Assembly: GCA_018175035.1 (NCBI GenBank)
Contig: GCA_018175035.1_4099.2
Source of the DNA: a phage
Length of the DNA stretch: 33,238 nucleotides
Strand: one strand, 5' to 3'
Shown: positions 8,853 through 18,325 of the stretch, in pieces
Layout: each line of letters opens with the position of its first letter
Position numbering within the stretch: position 1 is the first letter of the stretch
Position numbers and translations under genes: made by a program
The notes under the pieces: model-generated
Databases searched by the model: none
Seen by the model: only the letters and a program-made list of their open reading frames with translations
Told to the model about the DNA's origin: nothing

Positions 8853-9785
8853 ATGCCAACTATTACACTAACAGTTGGATTACCTGGGTGTGGTAAAACC
8901 ACATGGGCAGTTCAAGAAATTAAAAATGCCAAATCCAAGACTATCAACATCAACCGTGATGATATTCGTGAATCTATGGCTGGGTCACATGATGCTTACA
9001 AATTCAACGATGCTAATGAGCAGTACGTAACTAATTTACAGTTCAGTGCAGCAAATTCAGCAGCAGAGAATGGTTGGAACATCATCATATCCGATACAAA
9101 CCTTAAACAACATTTCCGTAATCTCTGGAAAGTATGGGCTAAAGATAATGGTTATGATTACAAAGAAAAGAACTTCTATGATGATTTTGTACCTAATGAA
9201 GACCGTGGTGCAGATGTTCATGAATTCTTTAAGATTAAAGAGTTCGTAAAACTTTGTAAGAAATATAACCTCCAGCGTGAGCGTTCAGTACAAGATGATA
9301 TCATTGACACAATGGCAGATACGTACTATTATAGTAAGGCATTACACATTGGTTACTATGGTAATTCACGCGAAGCTGCTATCATCGTTGATATCGATGG
9401 AACTCTTGCTCATAAATGGGGTCGTAATCCTTACGATGAAAGTACTGTTCTTCAGGATACACCTGATGAAGAAGTTATTTTGTCTATTATCGCTGAAGCA
9501 GTTTTTCATAAACGCAAGATTATCGTCATGAGTGGGCGTACTGAAGGGTGTCGTGCTGATACCGAACAGTGGCTTAAGAATTGGGGTGTTCCTTACGATG
9601 CATTGTTTATGCGAGATATCGATGATAAACGTCCTGATGATGTTGTAAAATTCGACCTGTACATGAAAAATGTGGTTGATCATTACGATGTTAAAAAGGT
9701 ATATGATGACCGCGATCAAGTTGTATTCATGTGGCGTAAGCTACTTGGGTTGAAAGTTTTCCAAGTGGCTGAAGGAAATTTCTAA
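8853..9785 (+). CDS. pseT: Polynucleotide 5'-kinase / 3'-phosphatase (T4 PseT/Pnk family)
   Basis: AAGGAG SD; N-terminal P-loop GLPGCGKTT with NINRDD; C-terminal HAD phosphatase motif DIDGTL; C-terminus ...DDRDQVVFMWRKLLGLKVFQVAEGNF resembles T4 Pnk as I recall it. Confidence 0.9.
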   Translation: MPTITLTVGLPGCGKTTWAVQEIKNAKSKTININRDDIRESMAGSHDAYKFNDANEQYVTNLQFSAANSAAENGWNIIISDTNLKQHFRNLWKVWAKDNGYDYKEKNFYDDFVPNEDRGADVHEFFKIKEFVKLCKKYNLQRERSVQDDIIDTMADTYYYSKALHIGYYGNSREAAIIVDIDGTLAHKWGRNPYDESTVLQDTPDEEVILSIIAEAVFHKRKIIVMSGRTEGCRADTEQWLKNWGVPYDALFMRDIDDKRPDDVVKFDLYMKNVVDHYDVKKVYDDRDQVVFMWRKLLGLKVFQVAEGNF

Positions 9786-9789
9786 TACA

Positions 9790-9820
9790 AAAGGGATCAT
9801 ATATTGGTCCCTTTTTCTTT
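9790..9820 (+). terminator. Rho-independent terminator
   Basis: Stem AAAGGGATC / GGTCCCTTT (9 bp incl. one G-U), 7-nt loop, then T-rich tail. Confidence 0.55.
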
Positions 9821-9852
9821 TAAGGTACATTATAGTGAATGTAACAACACAG

Positions 9853-10011
9853 ATGTTATTACAAAAAGACTACTTAGAAAATATAGAACGATACTATAGA
9901 TTGTCTTTGTATGAAAATAAGCATAAAAATTATAGTTTTGATAAACTACTAAATTCCAGTACTGATGATTATCTATTTTCATCAATGTTTTATGTGAGAG
10001 GTTTATTATAA
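9853..10011 (+). CDS. Possible small ORF (52 aa); not in ORF track
   Basis: ATG 9853, stop TAA overlapping next ATG (TAATG); no clear SD. Confidence 0.3.
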   Translation: MLLQKDYLENIERYYRLSLYENKHKNYSFDKLLNSSTDDYLFSSMFYVRGLL

Positions 10012-10271
10012 TGGATAAATTTCACACAGATATAACACAGATAGGTAATCTTATCAATAGTCTAATTACTGATTTAGAAGAAAAGTACTTAGGTAGAAAT
10101 GTATACGTAGAAATGTATGAAACATATGGTGTTATTGATATGATTTATTACAGTGCATTGAAGTGTGAAATACGTTTAACAGTATGTTTGTTTGAAAAAA
10201 ATACATTCAACAGAAGTACTGCAATTCGCCAAGTTGGAGTTGATGATATAGAATTATACGAGGAACAATGA
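10011..10271 (+). CDS. Hypothetical small protein, paralog family B (KYLGRNV motif)
   Basis: ATG ORF; motif DLEEKYLGRNVYVE. Confidence 0.55.
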   Translation: MDKFHTDITQIGNLINSLITDLEEKYLGRNVYVEMYETYGVIDMIYYSALKCEIRLTVCLFEKNTFNRSTAIRQVGVDDIELYEEQ

Positions 10272-10522
10272 TGTTTGAGCAGGACTTAGAGATATTCAAA
10301 AGTTATATTGATTACTTGACTATATTAGAAAATGATTTAACTACAAAGTACAAAGGCATTCGTGTTCTGTGCTGGTATGATGATTGGGATTATAAACGTG
10401 AACTCACGATTGATCGAATTTATTTCAGTGACGGTGTACTAAATGTACATGGTGTAAATGATTTTGGTCATTCATATACATATTCTAATAATGCTAAATT
10501 TAAAAGGATCTACAATGAATGA
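10268..10522 (+). CDS. Hypothetical small protein, paralog family B
   Basis: ATGA overlap; motif DLTTKYKGIRVLCW. Confidence 0.55.
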   Translation: MMFEQDLEIFKSYIDYLTILENDLTTKYKGIRVLCWYDDWDYKRELTIDRIYFSDGVLNVHGVNDFGHSYTYSNNAKFKRIYNE

Positions 10523-10817
10523 ATATTATCATAATTTATTCGATTACATAAAACTAATAGATGATCTTTCTTTTGACTTTCTCAGTACTGAAAAAGTTCT
10601 TGAACCTCTCTATTATGATTGTATTAGTTCACTATGTTTAGATGAAAAAGAGATATTAGCAAACAACTTACCATCCACGGTCTGTACAATCAATGGTTCC
10701 AAGGCATTAGTGTGCGAGGTTAATTTTCATAAATCACTTAATACAATTGTTTACAAGTTCGATAACACTTGGGTAAATCATGTAACCAGTAATATTAAAT
10801 CTGTGAGATTTTTATGA
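10515..10817 (+). CDS. Hypothetical small protein
   Basis: ATG 10515 (MNEYYHNL...) chosen inside track ORF 10458..10817; 8-nt overlap with upstream stop. Confidence 0.5.
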   Translation: MNEYYHNLFDYIKLIDDLSFDFLSTEKVLEPLYYDCISSLCLDEKEILANNLPSTVCTINGSKALVCEVNFHKSLNTIVYKFDNTWVNHVTSNIKSVRFL

Positions 10818-11110
10818 ATATAAAAAAATTATTTGAACAAGTAAATTTATTGTACTGGTGTTCAGACGGGTCAGATAAAGAAAATAGTGAAGCTTTTTTA
10901 GAATTATTCAGAAATGAAATACACATAATTAGAAGATACTTAATTGATAATAAAACTGAAGTAAAAGTTAGATACCATAATGGTACTTTAAAGAATGGTA
11001 TAATTATTGGATTGATAGTTACACGAATGTCTAGTAATATTAAAGTTGCAGTAAGATTAATGACTGATGATGGTGTCTACACAATAGAAGCTAGTGAGAT
11101 TATATATTAA
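10814..11110 (+). CDS. Hypothetical small protein
   Basis: ATGA overlap. Confidence 0.55.
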   Translation: MNIKKLFEQVNLLYWCSDGSDKENSEAFLELFRNEIHIIRRYLIDNKTEVKVRYHNGTLKNGIIIGLIVTRMSSNIKVAVRLMTDDGVYTIEASEIIY

Positions 11111-11416
11111 ATGGATATACAAACATTCAATAAACTTAAGTACTATGATAATGGTTTTGCATTAATAATTAACGAACTTGATGGAATACCATACGAATAT
11201 CATAATCAATTAATGAAGATAATAAAATGTATATGTGAAGAATTAAAAAGTATATTTAAAAATGAATATGTTTATGATTTAGGTAATAGTAGCAAAAAAC
11301 TATACATAAAGAAATTCTGGGGAACGCATTGCGGTTTGATGGTCGATTTAGGTTTAAGTTTAGACGATAATTCTGAATCATGTTCATTATATATAGATGA
11401 AATGCGAATATCATGA
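11111..11416 (+). CDS. Hypothetical small protein
   Basis: ATG immediately after upstream TAA. Confidence 0.55.
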   Translation: MDIQTFNKLKYYDNGFALIINELDGIPYEYHNQLMKIIKCICEELKSIFKNEYVYDLGNSSKKLYIKKFWGTHCGLMVDLGLSLDDNSESCSLYIDEMRIS

Positions 11417-11456
11417 GACGTATCAGAATTCGGTGATATAATTTGATTACATCACC
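11414..11456 (+). promoter_or_regulatory. Sigma70-like promoter (extended -10 GTGATATAAT) embedded in inverted repeat GGTGAT-N13-ATCACC
   Basis: TGaTATAAT at 11434-11442; -35 position TGAGAC; inverted-repeat arms 11432-11437 and 11451-11456. Confidence 0.35.
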
Positions 11457-11473
11457 AATAGGGAGAAGTTGAA

Positions 11474-11800
11474 GTGAATGGTTCGTTTTTAACAATATTA
11501 GAAAAGACAACCGAGATGCTTTCTAGCTCGTTAATGCAGATTTTCAGTACTAATAATTTATACAATACCCAGGTGTTAGATTCAATTAATAATAACTATG
11601 TGGTAAGTATATCTGATGAAATATGTCCATTTAACGCGTATTCAATTTATAGTGTAGAAGAGTTTCGTATATCCGAGATTCGATGTGGTTTTGGTGCTTG
11701 GTTAGTTCTAAATGAACGTTCAGGGTTGTCTTTATACATCGAAGAAGTTAGTAAATTTATATACAAAGGAGTAGAATATGTTAACCCCAATTATTCTTAG
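11474..11800 (+). CDS. Hypothetical protein
   Basis: GTG start 7 nt after GGGAGA SD; 108 aa. Confidence 0.5.
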   Translation: MNGSFLTILEKTTEMLSSSLMQIFSTNNLYNTQVLDSINNNYVVSISDEICPFNAYSIYSVEEFRISEIRCGFGAWLVLNERSGLSLYIEEVSKFIYKGVEYVNPNYS

Positions 11801-12407
11801 CAGTGCATATGTAATCGGTATTATTATTTCTGGTATGCTTGCATATAACTATAACCGAAGTGTTCTAGGTTATGTAGTACTTGGTACAGTACTAAGTCCA
11901 GTGATTGCCATTGGTCTTCTTGTTATGCTAGGTGAGAAAAATACAAGCTTCTTTATTACTAAAGAACTTGATAAAATCACTCCAGCACCAGAAACAGTTA
12001 TTCCAGAAGTTAAAGAAGAAGTTAAAGAAGTTGAAGTTCAAATGCAAGTTAAAGTGTATAATACACTTGAAGAAACTGATCCTAAAGTTGTAGTGAATGT
12101 AGTTCCAGTCGTTGAAGATGTGAAACCAAAAGCTCCTAAAGTACAGAAAAATACTAAAACTGCAAAGAAAGCTCGTTACACTAAAGGTAAGAACAAAGGT
12201 AAATCTAAGGATGAACCACAACTAGGTGTTCATGACCATACTGCACAAATTGCAACGGCAGCGACCGCAGCAGCAATCGTAACATCACCAATCTACAACA
12301 ATGATGATTACAGTGATTATAGCCGTCACAGCAGTTCTTCCTCTGATTCTTGTTCCTATGATAGCTCTAGTTCTGATTCAAGTTCATCGTCTGGAAGTTG
12401 TGATTAA
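11778..12407 (+). CDS. Membrane-anchored protein with Lys/Glu/Val-rich linker and Ser-rich C-terminal tail
   Basis: Two hydrophobic N-terminal segments; C-terminus SSSSSDSCSYDSSSSDSSSSSGSCD. Confidence 0.6.
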   Translation: MLTPIILSSAYVIGIIISGMLAYNYNRSVLGYVVLGTVLSPVIAIGLLVMLGEKNTSFFITKELDKITPAPETVIPEVKEEVKEVEVQMQVKVYNTLEETDPKVVVNVVPVVEDVKPKAPKVQKNTKTAKKARYTKGKNKGKSKDEPQLGVHDHTAQIATAATAAAIVTSPIYNNDDYSDYSRHSSSSSDSCSYDSSSSDSSSSSGSCD

Positions 12408-12736
12408 TGTCAATGAAACCACTAATTCAACATAATATTTTTTATAGGTCATTATTCAAAATTCAAGATGATTTTTATCAGACGTTGAGTAATGATCTTA
12501 TAGGTAAAACTGTACGATATTCGGAACAATACATCAAACGTATGACAAGTCAGTATATTGACCCTGAATACGAATACGACATTGAACACATTAATCCCAA
12601 TACTAGAATGAAAATCATTGAGATATTTAAGAATGGGAGAACTATAGGTGCTGAAATTGAGTACTTGAATTGTGATTGTTACATAGATACAGAGTTGAGT
12701 TTGGATTATCTTGTTTTAGTGGATGATGAGGAATAA
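12407..12736 (+). CDS. Hypothetical small protein, paralog family B-like (LIGKTVRY)
   Basis: TAATG overlap. Confidence 0.55.
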   Translation: MSMKPLIQHNIFYRSLFKIQDDFYQTLSNDLIGKTVRYSEQYIKRMTSQYIDPEYEYDIEHINPNTRMKIIEIFKNGRTIGAEIEYLNCDCYIDTELSLDYLVLVDDEE

Positions 12737-12738
12737 TT

Positions 12739-12954
12739 ATGATAACATTTTTTGCAATATATGGATTTGTAGCATTTGTTACATTTATAACCAACTTTCT
12801 AGTACTTAATTGGGGTTGTTTTAAAGATGAAATCATGATTATCATGAATCTCCAAACAGCAGCACTGATGGCTATTATTTGGCCTGTAACATTAGTATAT
12901 ATTTTTATTTCACTTACCCAAGATATTATTAACAAATATAAGAGAAAGAAATAA
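12739..12954 (+). CDS. Small membrane protein (two predicted TM helices)
   Basis: ATG ORF; hydrophobic, C-terminus KYKRKK. Confidence 0.5.
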   Translation: MITFFAIYGFVAFVTFITNFLVLNWGCFKDEIMIIMNLQTAALMAIIWPVTLVYIFISLTQDIINKYKRKK

Positions 12955-13205
12955 TGTTCAACACTGACTTATCACATCTGCGATATCTTATGTCTTTGGC
13001 TGATGATTTTATAAATGATCTGAAGCCAAAATATATTGGTCAAGAAGTACGATTAATAAACTCCAGAGGGTATGGAAAGTATATTATTACTGATATGTAT
13101 ATTAGTGGTGGTGAATGGCGTTTTAAAATTAATACTTATCTTAAAGATGGTTCTTTTGCTGGAACACAAGTTACTAAACACACTAATATTATATGGTTGG
13201 AGTAA
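12954..13205 (+). CDS. Hypothetical small protein, paralog family B (KYIGQEV)
   Basis: TAATG overlap; motif DLKPKYIGQEVRLIN. Confidence 0.55.
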   Translation: MFNTDLSHLRYLMSLADDFINDLKPKYIGQEVRLINSRGYGKYIITDMYISGGEWRFKINTYLKDGSFAGTQVTKHTNIIWLE

Positions 13206-13207
13206 TA

Positions 13208-13951
13208 ATGAAACACTTCTTAGAAGTAACCGTACCTGATGATAAAGATTTATACATTGTAGGTGATTTGCATGGTAATGGTAAACTATGGGATGCTACA
13301 GTGAAAGAATTTGGTATTACACACAATGATTATGTTTTCAGTGTAGGTGATATTATCGACCGTGGAGAACAAAATTCAAAGCTCCTTTTTGAATTTTTGT
13401 TCGGAGAAAATCGTTACATGATTGCGGGTAATCATGAGATGATGTGCGTTGATTCGGAAACACTTCGAGATTGGTATCATTGTTGGATAAGTAATGGTGG
13501 TGATAAATTCCTTGATGAAGTTGGAGGAACAGGCATTCAATTCTTTCGTCAGTACTTAAAGGATCTCCCTATGATTATCCAAATCAATCACCGAGGATTG
13601 AAGATTGGGTTAGTTCATGCTGGTGTTCCGTTGGAATATACAACATGGGAACGATTTGTTAATGGGACAAAATCACTTAGTGCTGATATAATTGATAAGT
13701 GCTTGTGGGATAGAAAAACATTCGATTATTGTAGAACTAATAATACATATTATGCACCTAAGTTAGATGGAGTGCATTGTGTCTTTAGTGGACATACAGC
13801 AGTTACAGATCCACTCATTTACGGTAATCGCATTTGGATTGATAGTCAGTTCTTGACGGGTGACTTAACTCTCGCTACTCCACAAAGTGGTGGAATGAGA
13901 TACTTACGTAAAGAAAAAGATGAGTACTCATTCAATCGTTTCAAAAGGTAA
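13208..13951 (+). CDS. PPP-family Ser/Thr phosphatase-like metallophosphoesterase (lambda PPase / ApaH-like)
   Basis: Motifs GDLHG, GDIIDRG, GNHE; ATG 13208 with GGAG SD just after upstream stop (track start 13193 overlaps upstream gene). Confidence 0.8.
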   Translation: MKHFLEVTVPDDKDLYIVGDLHGNGKLWDATVKEFGITHNDYVFSVGDIIDRGEQNSKLLFEFLFGENRYMIAGNHEMMCVDSETLRDWYHCWISNGGDKFLDEVGGTGIQFFRQYLKDLPMIIQINHRGLKIGLVHAGVPLEYTTWERFVNGTKSLSADIIDKCLWDRKTFDYCRTNNTYYAPKLDGVHCVFSGHTAVTDPLIYGNRIWIDSQFLTGDLTLATPQSGGMRYLRKEKDEYSFNRFKR

Positions 13952-13956
13952 TAATT

Positions 13957-14199
13957 ATGCATGATGTAGTTAAAAAATATTTGAATGATAGATATATTAT
14001 GAAAAAATCTATTAATTCTATCCTAAAAGACCATGCTAATCAAATACGTGAGATTCTATCAAATAAACTTATTGGTTGTTCAGTTGAGTTCAACTACAAA
14101 AAGAATGTCGTGAAGATTGGAGTTATTAAACGTGTAGTTGCTGTTTATGACCAAAAGTATATGTTGAAATTGAATATGATGGTAAATTATCACAATTAA
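13957..14199 (+). CDS. Hypothetical small protein, paralog family B-like (LIGCSVEF)
   Basis: ATG with AAAAGG SD. Confidence 0.5.
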   Translation: MHDVVKKYLNDRYIMKKSINSILKDHANQIREILSNKLIGCSVEFNYKKNVVKIGVIKRVVAVYDQKYMLKLNMMVNYHN

Positions 14200-14235
14200 G
14201 TACTGAAGATTTAACATTTTTATAAGGAAATAGAA

Positions 14236-14463
14236 ATGAAAGTAATTCAAGTTATGGTAGAAAAATACCAAACTGAAGATGGTCGTATTTTTGATTCAGC
14301 TAAACAAGCTGAACACCATGAACGTATTATTTCGGGTGCACGTAAAGTATGTCCTACATGTAATGGAACACAACAAGTACCGTCAGAAGATTACCGCAGC
14401 TTTTATGCTTGTCCACACTGTGATGGGAAAGGCTACGTAGAAAAACAAGAGGTATGGAAATGA
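14236..14463 (+). CDS. Small zinc-ribbon protein (CPTC...CPHC)
   Basis: ATG with AAGGAAA SD; two CxxC pairs. Confidence 0.55.
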   Translation: MKVIQVMVEKYQTEDGRIFDSAKQAEHHERIISGARKVCPTCNGTQQVPSEDYRSFYACPHCDGKGYVEKQEVWK

Positions 14464-14873
14464 AATTGTATTGTTTAACTAATATGTACTGCCAAGGTGT
14501 CCAAGCTGGTATTCAAGCATTCCATGCTGGTGTTAAACTAATTAAAGAATATGAAGGTACTGCTTTCAGTACTATTATTGATGAATGGTACTATGAACAC
14601 GAAACTATTGTAGTACTAAATGCTGGTGGACATGATAAGTTAAATTCTTATTATAACAACCTTAGCAAACAGGGAAAAGTTCCGTTTGCCAAATTCAATG
14701 AAGCTGGATTGAATGATGCTATTACCTGTGTAGCAGTACTGTGTACGTCTGAAATGATTGAAGACATGGCTGTTATGCGTATGAATCTTCCTGCTGGTGA
14801 TCAACTAATGCAAGTAAAATATGGTGCATTGTTTGACACACTAAAAGCAATCAGTACAATGAGGACTATTTGA
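14460..14873 (+). CDS. Hypothetical protein
   Basis: ATG 14460 with AAGAGG SD at 7 nt (ATGA overlap); track start 14454 has no SD spacing. Confidence 0.55.
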   Translation: MKLYCLTNMYCQGVQAGIQAFHAGVKLIKEYEGTAFSTIIDEWYYEHETIVVLNAGGHDKLNSYYNNLSKQGKVPFAKFNEAGLNDAITCVAVLCTSEMIEDMAVMRMNLPAGDQLMQVKYGALFDTLKAISTMRTI

Positions 14874-16072
14874 TGGATTTTCCAGAGAAGTTATTTGTTG
14901 CACGTTCCTATGTAAACCACAACCAAGTTGATGGTTTTATTATCGATGCAACAAAATCACATACAAAAGCGTTTGAAACAAAGAAAGAGAGAGCAGAGTA
15001 CTGGGCAAAGAAGAACAATCTTCCATCGTTATATATTGACAACGTTCCAACTACTGGATTTTGTGTAGTTGATAAATTAACAATTCATGCACGAGAAACA
15101 TATTTCACAATCCGTCACCCAGAAGGATTTGAATTTATGATTAGTGCCAAAAACATGAATGATTTAATTATCAATAACGATATAATCAAAGGTGTTTTTG
15201 TAGACCCAATGTTTTTCAACAATAACTTAGAATTAATTAATGGTAAAACAAAAACATTTGCTAAGTTAGTTGAAAAAGAAAATAAAAAAGAACAACAAAA
15301 AGAAACTGTAGCAGGTCTTAAAGTTGGTGATGGTTTCACGTATCTCAAAGAAGATTACTATTACTGCGGTAAAGTACATGCAATTTGTATAAAGAAAACT
15401 AAAGAATTTGCATACCCCGACAAAAGTTCTGTTTATCATTTACTTTTTAACAGTACTCGTGGAACTTATGCATTGAATCAACGTTTGGATAATTACAATC
15501 TTGAACCTCGTGCACTCCTGAATAAGAAGACTACGGCAGATGAAGAAATTAAACTTGCTAATGAATTTTGGCAAAGCTATAGAACAAACAGACATAACCC
15601 ATTAGGTGAATCTAATATTCCAGTACTGGTACACAATAAATCATTTAAAGCAAAAGACCTTAAAATTAAATACGAAGAAATAAATGTTGATGATCTTATG
15701 AATAATGGACGTTTCAACGAGAACGTACCATTTATGACTAAAGATAATGAACAAACATATCGCGTATTTTTTGGTGTAAGTAATAATACAACGCGTAGTT
15801 ATTATGGGCGTAGTGGAGATTATAATATCCATTATAATGATAAATTTGAACGCTTTAGTGCATATCCAGTTCAAATTGATGATAATGGGATTATGGTAAT
15901 GGATGTTGATATTAATGAACACTCATCATTTAGTACATGGAATGGCTATCGTTCCCCATTCTTCCCACCAAATGAACGCAAAACATCAAGCACTCGTTAC
16001 TACCAAGACAAACCATGTCACGTCCAACTATCAATTAGTAATCCACTTTATATTGGAAAGTATTATCTATAA
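14873..16072 (+). CDS. Hypothetical protein (399 aa)
   Basis: ATG overlapping upstream TGA; GAGG SD 8 nt upstream; track start 14870 is TTG. Confidence 0.65.
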   Translation: MDFPEKLFVARSYVNHNQVDGFIIDATKSHTKAFETKKERAEYWAKKNNLPSLYIDNVPTTGFCVVDKLTIHARETYFTIRHPEGFEFMISAKNMNDLIINNDIIKGVFVDPMFFNNNLELINGKTKTFAKLVEKENKKEQQKETVAGLKVGDGFTYLKEDYYYCGKVHAICIKKTKEFAYPDKSSVYHLLFNSTRGTYALNQRLDNYNLEPRALLNKKTTADEEIKLANEFWQSYRTNRHNPLGESNIPVLVHNKSFKAKDLKIKYEEINVDDLMNNGRFNENVPFMTKDNEQTYRVFFGVSNNTTRSYYGRSGDYNIHYNDKFERFSAYPVQIDDNGIMVMDVDINEHSSFSTWNGYRSPFFPPNERKTSSTRYYQDKPCHVQLSISNPLYIGKYYL

Positions 16073-16083
16073 AGGAATATACA

Positions 16084-17502
16084 ATGAGCATTTTAGCAAT
16101 TCTTGAAAGCATTAAAAATACTAGCAGTACACTAGGCAAAAAAGCTATTCTTGAACAAAATAAAGATAATGTAACTTTACAAAAAGTACTGAAATATACA
16201 CTAGACCCTTCTATCGTTAGTGGCTATAAGAAGCTCCCTGCCGCTGATGACGTATATCAACATATGACGTTAGATGAAGCAATTGATAAGCTAGAATGCA
16301 TTTACAAGCGTGATGTGACAGGAAATGCGGGGCGTGATTTCATTGCTTCAGTACTGGGTTCAGTATCAGAAGATGATCAAGAAGTTCTCCGTAAAATGCT
16401 TACTAAAAACCTTGATTGTGGTATTCAAGAAAAGAACTGCAATGATGTATTTGGTAAAGGCTTTATTAAAGACGAACCATATATGCGTTGTTCTTTGATT
16501 GACAAAAAGACTGCAAAGAACATCAACTTCAAAGATTATGGTTACGCTATATCAGAAGTGAAAATGGATGGTCAGTACTTGAACCACGTTGTCATTAATG
16601 GTTCATTAACTTCTACATCCCGTAATGGTAAACTATACGACTTCCTGGGTTGTCGTGATGGTGAGATGGCAGGTCTTGCTCACATCATCCAAAGTAAAGA
16701 TGAACGTTTTAGTAGTGGTGTAGTCTTTATGGGTGAAGGTGTAGTACTGGACAATGATGGAGAAACCATTCTCCCACGCACTACTGGCAATGGTATAATT
16801 CAGAAAGCTGGAAAAGATAGTATCAGTCAGAATGAAGCAATGCGTACTGTATTTGTTCTATGGGATGTTGTTCCATATGATGCATTTTGTGAAGGTGTAT
16901 GGGATGTAAAACGTAAAGAACGTCGCGAGATCTTAGTAGATGCAATTAACGAACTCAGTAGTGATTTTGTTCGTATGGTTGGATTCCGTAAAGTTCTAAA
17001 CATCAAAGAAGCATTTGAGTACAATAGTGAACTAATGAGCGTAGGTGAAGAGGGTTCAGTACTGAAATGTGAAGATGGTATCTGGAAATCTCACACTTCT
17101 CCTAAGCAATTGAAAATGAAACTCAAAATGCAACTGGACTTGCGTATTGTTGGTTTCAATGAAGGTGAAGGTAAGCGTAAAGGTAGCCTTGGTTCTTTAC
17201 AACTGGAAAGTGCTTGTGGTACATTGAAAGTTAATGTAGGTACTGGAATTAAAGAGAAAGACGCAGAATGGACGTTTAAAACCATTTGGGAAAGAATGCA
17301 AGAACTCATCGGTCAAGTAGTAACAGTAGAGTGCAATGATATTGTATTCGATAAGCGTACTGGTGAGCCATCACTGTTCTTACCAGTGTTTATTGAATTT
17401 AGATTTGACAAAAACACTTGTGATGATTATACTCGTATCTTAGAAATTCGTGAGAGTGCAGTTGAAGTGTTCTCAAACAGTATTATTGACGCATTAGGTT
17501 AA
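16084..17502 (+). CDS. ATP-dependent DNA ligase (T4 gp30-like)
   Basis: N-terminus ...STLGKKAILEQNKDN resembles the T4 ligase N-terminus as I recall it; adenylation motif I KxDG (VKMDGQ); ~470 aa; AAAGGA SD. Confidence 0.9.
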   Translation: MSILAILESIKNTSSTLGKKAILEQNKDNVTLQKVLKYTLDPSIVSGYKKLPAADDVYQHMTLDEAIDKLECIYKRDVTGNAGRDFIASVLGSVSEDDQEVLRKMLTKNLDCGIQEKNCNDVFGKGFIKDEPYMRCSLIDKKTAKNINFKDYGYAISEVKMDGQYLNHVVINGSLTSTSRNGKLYDFLGCRDGEMAGLAHIIQSKDERFSSGVVFMGEGVVLDNDGETILPRTTGNGIIQKAGKDSISQNEAMRTVFVLWDVVPYDAFCEGVWDVKRKERREILVDAINELSSDFVRMVGFRKVLNIKEAFEYNSELMSVGEEGSVLKCEDGIWKSHTSPKQLKMKLKMQLDLRIVGFNEGEGKRKGSLGSLQLESACGTLKVNVGTGIKEKDAEWTFKTIWERMQELIGQVVTVECNDIVFDKRTGEPSLFLPVFIEFRFDKNTCDDYTRILEIRESAVEVFSNSIIDALG

Positions 17503-17521
17503 CCATTTATTGGAGGTAATT

Positions 17522-18313
17522 ATGAAATTTGTTGTAACATCTGATGTACACGGTGGGACTGATTACCTCCATAGTGGTGATTACAGTGATACAGTACTGA
17601 TTATTGCTGGGGACTTCGATGAAGTTAAACGCAGTCGTTACCGTACTGGTATCGAATCACTATGTAAGCAGTTTAAGAATGTAGTACTGGTTCCTGGCAA
17701 TCATGAATATTATGGTTCCAATATCCACAAAACGCATAAAGTACTGTCCGATATACAAGATGAGATTCCAAATTTCATCTTTTTGCAAAACAAATTTGTA
17801 TGGCTGGATGGAGTACTGCTTGTTGGTAGTACTCTGTGGACAGACTTCGATAAAGGTAATTCTTTGACGAAGTTTGATGCTCGTCAGAAGATGAACGATT
17901 ACAAACATATCCGTCATGGAACAACATCAGAGCCTTGGCGTAAGAAACTGACACCAGATGATACTGAGTTTATGCATCACAAAGATAAACAATTTATCAA
18001 AAATTCTATTGACACAGTTCGCTTTATGCATGATAATGATTTCAAGGTCATCGTGGTTACCCATCACGCACCAAGTTATCAAAGTATTTCACCAAAATAT
18101 AAAAATGATTCACTGAATGGTTGTTACTGTTCCGATATGGATCAGTACATTGAAGATTTGGGTGCTGATGTTTGGATTCATGGTCATGTTCATAGTAGCT
18201 TTGACTACCACATTGGTAAGACACGTATCATTTGTAATCCACGAGGCTATGAATCATACAGTGGAGCTTGTGAGAATTTTGATTACAATCCTAAATTTGT
18301 ATTTGAAATTTAA
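17522..18313 (+). CDS. Calcineurin-like metallophosphoesterase
   Basis: Motifs SDVHGG, AGDFDE, PGNHEYY, GHVH; ATG 17522 after GGAGGT (track start 17510 is TTG). Confidence 0.75.
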   Translation: MKFVVTSDVHGGTDYLHSGDYSDTVLIIAGDFDEVKRSRYRTGIESLCKQFKNVVLVPGNHEYYGSNIHKTHKVLSDIQDEIPNFIFLQNKFVWLDGVLLVGSTLWTDFDKGNSLTKFDARQKMNDYKHIRHGTTSEPWRKKLTPDDTEFMHHKDKQFIKNSIDTVRFMHDNDFKVIVVTHHAPSYQSISPKYKNDSLNGCYCSDMDQYIEDLGADVWIHGHVHSSFDYHIGKTRIICNPRGYESYSGACENFDYNPKFVFEI

Positions 18314-18325
18314 TGAGAGGATATT

